From an uncultured Nitrospiraceae bacterium (GTDB lineage: Bacteria; Nitrospirota; Thermodesulfovibrionia; Thermodesulfovibrionales; Dissulfurispiraceae): 64,000 nucleotides of DNA. How positions within the stretch are numbered: the stretch's first letter is position 1; the number at the start of each line of letters is the position of its first letter. The stretch spans positions 1,760,001-1,824,000 of the forward strand of contig CAVSHF010000003.1 in assembly GCA_963727805.1 (NCBI GenBank), written 5' to 3'. Under the pieces are notes generated by a model that saw nothing but the letters and a program-made list of their open reading frames with translations, was not told the DNA's origin and did not search any database. Below are positions 59,606 through 64,000 of this stretch, piece by piece. The position numbers were made by a program, and so were the translations under genes.

Positions 59606-61489
59606 CTATCCCATCCATTTTTCCTCCGCACTTTTAGCCTGCAGGCTCTTTTCCGGTTCGGTAGGAATCAGACACATCTCGCCCTCGATCGGTGCAATCA
59701 CTGCCTCTCCCCAGACATCCCTGACTCGCTCCTTGACCTGGAGCAGTTCAAACCAGCGCTTGATAGTGCCAACGAACACAACAATCATCATACCCATGAC
59801 AATAGTTGCTAAGGCTGCCAATAAATACAGTTGTTTCGGCAGATATGCGACCGTGATATTCAGATAACCGGCATACATGGTGATAAAAGCGAGAAATATG
59901 CCAGGCACCGCAGTCACCCATGCATATTTTGCCTTGCCCATACGGATCAGCATCGTGGTAACAATGATGAGCGCGCTCGATGCAAGCAACTGATTGCTCA
60001 TGCCGAAGAGCGGCCAGATTGTAGAGATATTCCCCGTATACACCAGATAACCCCATGAGAAAGAAAAGAGACCACCCGTAATGATAATGCCGGGGACCCA
60101 CTTTTTCTCATTAAACTTCGGGATGATCTTGCCAAACATCTCCTGAAGCAGAAACCGCCCAACCCGCGTACCGGCGTCGACAGCTGTAAGTATGAAAACC
60201 GCTTCGAACATAATGGCAAAGTGATACCAATACGCCATTAACCCTTTCATATATGGGATTGAATCGAAGATATATGCCATACCGACCGCAAGGGACACTG
60301 CGCCTCCGGGCCTACCCTGGATTTTTTCACCTACTTCTGTTGCAAGCCTACTGAGTTCAACAGTAGGCATTCCGAGTTTCGCAAACGCGGCCGGAGCGGA
60401 ATTGATGGCAAAATAGTCCGCCGGTATCAGCACGCATGCGGCTATTAGGGCCATGATCGCAACAAAGCCTTCCATCAGCATCGCACCATACCCTACAAAA
60501 AGGATGTCCTTCTCGCTATTCAGCATCTTTGGCGTCGTTCCTGTAGCGATGATTGCATGGAAACCCGATACTGCTCCACAAGCAATCGTGATAAAGACAT
60601 ACGGAATAACATTGCCCGGAATAACCGGTCCGCCCCCTCCGACAAACTGAGTAAGCGCCGGCATCTTAAGCACTGGCTGGACGAAAAAGATTCCTACAGC
60701 TAGAGTTACGATCGTAGCAATCTTAAGATAGGTAGAGAGATAGTCCCTTGGTGCCAAAAGCATCCAGACCGGCAGAACTGAAGCAGTGAAAGCATAAAGC
60801 GGGATTGCAACCGCGATCTGCTGCTTGCTGAGCTTCAGTATCTGGGCAAGTGCAGATGCGGGCTCTATCGCACCTCCTGCATATACAGCCAAGCCGAGCA
60901 ATATAACTCCGACAATGCTCGCTCCTTTTACGTCTCCCGGGCGAATCTTGTACATCCAGAAGCCCATGAAGACCGCAATAGGGATGGTGGAACCCACGAC
61001 GAAGACTCCCCAGAAACTTTCGAAAAGAGCATTCAGACAGGCGATGGAAAGCCCTGCAAGCGTGAGGATAAGGATAAAGAGGAAGGCAAAAGAGGCGACA
61101 ACTCCCACTGTCTTGCCGACTTCACTCTCTGCTATCTTTGCGAGGCTCTGTCCTTTGTGGCGCATCGAGGCGAAAAGTACAACCATATCATGCACTCCCC
61201 CCGCAAGCACACATCCGACGATGATCCATAGTGCCCCAGGCAGAAACCCGAACTGAGCCGCAAGAACAGGCCCAAGCAAGGGACCGGCTGCTGCTATAGC
61301 TGCGAAATGGTGTCCAAACAATACAAACTTATTCGTTTTAACATAGTCGATTCCGTCCGCACAGGTTTCAGCCGGTGTAGGACGATCAGCCCGCAGACCC
61401 AGGACCTTATTGGCAATGAAAAGTCCGTAAAGCCGGTACGCAATAGCAAAAATGCATAACGTTACAAATACAAGTGTTACTGCGTTCAT
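59606..61489 (-). CDS. cstA: Carbon starvation protein A family transporter
   Basis: 'LFGHHFAAIAAAGPL', 'LLAPRDYLS', 'ACGAVSGFH', 'WPLFGMSNQLLA'. Confidence 0.94.
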   Translation of the reverse strand: MNAVTLVFVTLCIFAIAYRLYGLFIANKVLGLRADRPTPAETCADGIDYVKTNKFVLFGHHFAAIAAAGPLLGPVLAAQFGFLPGALWIIVGCVLAGGVHDMVVLFASMRHKGQSLAKIAESEVGKTVGVVASFAFLFILILTLAGLSIACLNALFESFWGVFVVGSTIPIAVFMGFWMYKIRPGDVKGASIVGVILLGLAVYAGGAIEPASALAQILKLSKQQIAVAIPLYAFTASVLPVWMLLAPRDYLSTYLKIATIVTLAVGIFFVQPVLKMPALTQFVGGGGPVIPGNVIPYVFITIACGAVSGFHAIIATGTTPKMLNSEKDILFVGYGAMLMEGFVAIMALIAACVLIPADYFAINSAPAAFAKLGMPTVELSRLATEVGEKIQGRPGGAVSLAVGMAYIFDSIPYMKGLMAYWYHFAIMFEAVFILTAVDAGTRVGRFLLQEMFGKIIPKFNEKKWVPGIIITGGLFSFSWGYLVYTGNISTIWPLFGMSNQLLASSALIIVTTMLIRMGKAKYAWVTAVPGIFLAFITMYAGYLNITVAYLPKQLYLLAALATIVMGMMIVVFVGTIKRWFELLQVKERVRDVWGEAVIAPIEGEMCLIPTEPEKSLQAKSAEEKWMG

Positions 61490-61719
61490 CTCTATTCCCT
61501 CCCGATAGTCTTAAGTCAGCAACCTCCGGCTATGCCAGTGGTTCGATCAGCCGCAAATATTTCACCTTTGCGTGACAAATAGTATAATCTTAACTCTAGC
61601 ACGTCTCACAGCTATATTCTATCGTTTTTGACTGGCTCGCTGTCCCTTCTTATTGTCTATCCATCGCACAGCGGCCCTCCAACTGCTCTTTTTATTCACC
61701 CTAATTACTCCCTCAGCAT

Positions 61720-62073
61720 TTAAAGCTCTGGGGCTTTCGCGGGAACGAGACAGACGACAATCAATGTGTCCTTGCCAGAATTTCGTATTTGATGCTCTTC
61801 ATTGCCCGGAATAAACAGAACATTGCCGGCTTTAGCCAAGTTCCAGCGACCATTGCCGTACACTTCGCCTTGACCATAATGAATAAACATCTGATGTTCC
61901 CAATCGTGCGAATGCCTCGGCGTGTTTCCTCCCGCTGAAATCTCGAAGATGCGCATACAGAACTTGTCTGCCCCGTCGGCCTTGCCGATGACTACACGAG
62001 CCGCGACACCTTTTGCTTGGTCATTGTCATAATGCGTTGCTTCAATTTCAGCATATGGAACAACCTTCATCAT
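61720..62073 (-). CDS. Cupin domain protein
   Basis: 'TPRHSHDWEH', 'IPGNEEHQIRN'. Confidence 0.9.
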   Translation of the reverse strand: MMKVVPYAEIEATHYDNDQAKGVAARVVIGKADGADKFCMRIFEISAGGNTPRHSHDWEHQMFIHYGQGEVYGNGRWNLAKAGNVLFIPGNEEHQIRNSGKDTLIVVCLVPAKAPEL

Positions 62074-62116
62074 TTCCTCCCATTATCGAGTCCAATCACA
62101 TGGTCAGTCTTCATTT

Positions 62117-62962
62117 TTAAAAAGAACTCCTTCCTTCTTTGTCGAGGCCCTGGCTGAGTTTACTGCCAAGCGCAAGGCTAGCCTGCATTACCGCAGTATT
62201 GAGACCTTCAGCAGTAAGTACATGATATTTAATGCCGGCTTCCGATTCGGCAAAAGCGATATATTGCTCGATCTCGGCGTCCTTAAGCGACCGATACGTA
62301 TAAAGAAACCCTGCGAGGGTCTCTTGCCGGATGCTCTTTTGCAATTGTTCCCTATCGTCATTAACCTCGGCTAAAATCGCTTCGACAGAAGGCCTCTGCT
62401 CCGCAGGCATCGCAGCGGTTACGGCCAAAATGAAAGCGACCTGCAAATTAATAGTAAGGCTCACTCCAACATCTGTGGCTTTTATCGCATTATCCAATTT
62501 TGAGAGCAGTTTGGCGCGCTCAGAGTTTTTATCAATCCTATCGGCCATCTTCCGTATGTCTTTATTTGCCTCAAGCTTGGAAGCTTGTTCTTCCAGCATC
62601 GATATCCTTTCTCCAAGCGGAGAACTGAGCCACTCCAACACTGCGCGTATGTCCTTCTCCGGCAAATTCTCCTGAATATGCATTTGAACAGTATCATTCA
62701 ATTTTCTGGCATTGAACGACTCTGCCACCTTGCTGCTTAAGTCATTTATTTCACTCTGTGATAATTTATCGCTGGACTCCTGATTCGCCCTGATGATGTC
62801 GGCCTGTATCATAGCCGGAAACTGTTCTATCTGCCTACTTAGCCCTGACTTTTTCATAACCTGTCTAACAAGCTGCTCATCCGCTGTTCCTTGTTGAGCG
62901 GAGCAAGTGGCCGAATATAGCAACAGCAATCCCGTACACACGATCTTAAAGACTTTCAACAT
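62117..62962 (-). CDS. Exported helical hypothetical protein (DUF2059-like repeats)
   Basis: Signal peptide; two 'L...EI.....F..S..G' type segments. Confidence 0.65.
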   Translation of the reverse strand: MLKVFKIVCTGLLLLYSATCSAQQGTADEQLVRQVMKKSGLSRQIEQFPAMIQADIIRANQESSDKLSQSEINDLSSKVAESFNARKLNDTVQMHIQENLPEKDIRAVLEWLSSPLGERISMLEEQASKLEANKDIRKMADRIDKNSERAKLLSKLDNAIKATDVGVSLTINLQVAFILAVTAAMPAEQRPSVEAILAEVNDDREQLQKSIRQETLAGFLYTYRSLKDAEIEQYIAFAESEAGIKYHVLTAEGLNTAVMQASLALGSKLSQGLDKEGRSSF

Positions 62963-63463
62963 TTACTGTCTCCTTCTCCCTGTAATCATCCCGACCGGGA
63001 CGGGCCGTGCCAATAAGCTTCAGTTCGATATATTTATATTGCCATAAGAATTCGTTATGCGATCTAGTCGATCCTATCTGTCATAAGTGCCGTGCACCAT
63101 CCCCCCCCGCGTGCTCCATTCTAAGCACTCTTGAAAGGGACAAAGAATTCCGAAGCAAAAATTAATCATGTTCATTTGATCGCCTCCACAAATGCTATGG
63201 CGCTTGGGTTCCCGTCGTCATGCTCAAGAAGCAGCTTCTCGACTTAATCAAGACCGTATTCCACATCGCCATTGCTAATCCCCTAAGTGCTGGGCGAGAA
63301 CACCATGGCCTTCATCGAAAAACGGTGTAATATTATCAGATATTTCCATGGATAAAGTCCTTACTATTAAACATCTGTCTGGAATCAATTTAGTTAGGCA
63401 CACCGTAGATCCCTATCCTATAGGGAATCAACTAGCATTGAACGAGCAATTTCTTCATATATC

Positions 63464-63994
63464 TCATCTTTTCTTTCGTCTCTTGAATATGCACGGCACG
63501 ATCATCGGCACATGGCGGGGATACTCCTCAAACTCCTTGCCGAAATCCTTCCACAGCCTTCTCTCTTCTGTCTCTTGAAGGTAGAACCTCACAGCAATAA
63601 AAAAGATGAATACCCCTATCAACGCCGGCACTGAGTTCAGGTAGAGTGCCATGGCGAGATAGCATAAGAAAAAGCCCAGAACCATGGGATTCCTTGTATA
63701 CTGATAGGGGCCTTCTACAACAAGATGCTGTGTTCGAGGACTGACCGCGACATTAAAGAGGTCGGTAGGGCCGCCCTTGCCCTTTAATAACAGCGCAATA
63801 TTTGACCACACTGCTAAGACAAGACCGATGATAATTAGAACTAAAGAAATAATAACGCGAATAAGAGGATTTAAAATGTCGGGGCCGTAATATGTTGTTG
63901 CAACGGCATAGATACCGTCGGGAATCGCGAGCATAAACACCGTGAAGCCTATGATATAGCCTATCAGGTATCGCTCAAGCGTCGGCAGATTCAT
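63464..63994 (-). CDS. Isoprenylcysteine carboxylmethyltransferase / PEMT family membrane protein
   Basis: 'LVVEGPYQYTRNPM', 'EERRL...FG..FEEY...VP'; frame is open to the window edge, so the start may lie upstream. Confidence 0.88.
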   Translation of the reverse strand: MNLPTLERYLIGYIIGFTVFMLAIPDGIYAVATTYYGPDILNPLIRVIISLVLIIIGLVLAVWSNIALLLKGKGGPTDLFNVAVSPRTQHLVVEGPYQYTRNPMVLGFFLCYLAMALYLNSVPALIGVFIFFIAVRFYLQETEERRLWKDFGKEFEEYPRHVPMIVPCIFKRRKKR

Positions 63995-64000
63995 GCCGGC

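Overview
About 64 kb of chromosome from an anaerobic Gram-negative bacterium. The gene content (Sec-type formate dehydrogenase, hdrA/mvhD relics, DHH-CBS tRNA nucleotidyltransferase, long PPDK-like protein) suggests Nitrospirota/Thermodesulfovibrionia or Desulfobacterota; this is inference only. The window holds tRNA-Pro(CGG), tRNA-Arg(CCT), about 40 intact CDSs (including hup, PBP1A, aroK, msrB, rnhA, mutS2, gltB, cfa, fdnGHI, cstA) and one complete IS630. No CRISPR array, prophage or rRNA was seen. Main results not visible in the ORF track: (1) two UGA-recoded selenoproteins with SECIS-like hairpins, FdnG and an exported DsbA-like UPHC protein whose gene overlaps a di-haem peroxidase/MauG-family gene that has His in place of the conserved inter-haem Trp; (2) the IS630 sits inside the last codons of aroK and supplies its stop codon; (3) many spacers are decayed genes (chrA, alpha-2-macroglobulin, pbpC, Y-x4-D repeat lipoprotein, metallophosphoesterase, hdrA-mvhD, possibly gltD and usp). 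Candidate uncharacterised systems are the Sec-DsbA/di-haem pair, a CoA-Nudix plus HD-CoaD fusion, a PPDK-like protein lacking the pyruvate domain paired with a HAD phosphatase, and an orphan CbbQ/NorQ-VWA pair. All family assignments come from motif recognition by eye; no database searches were run.
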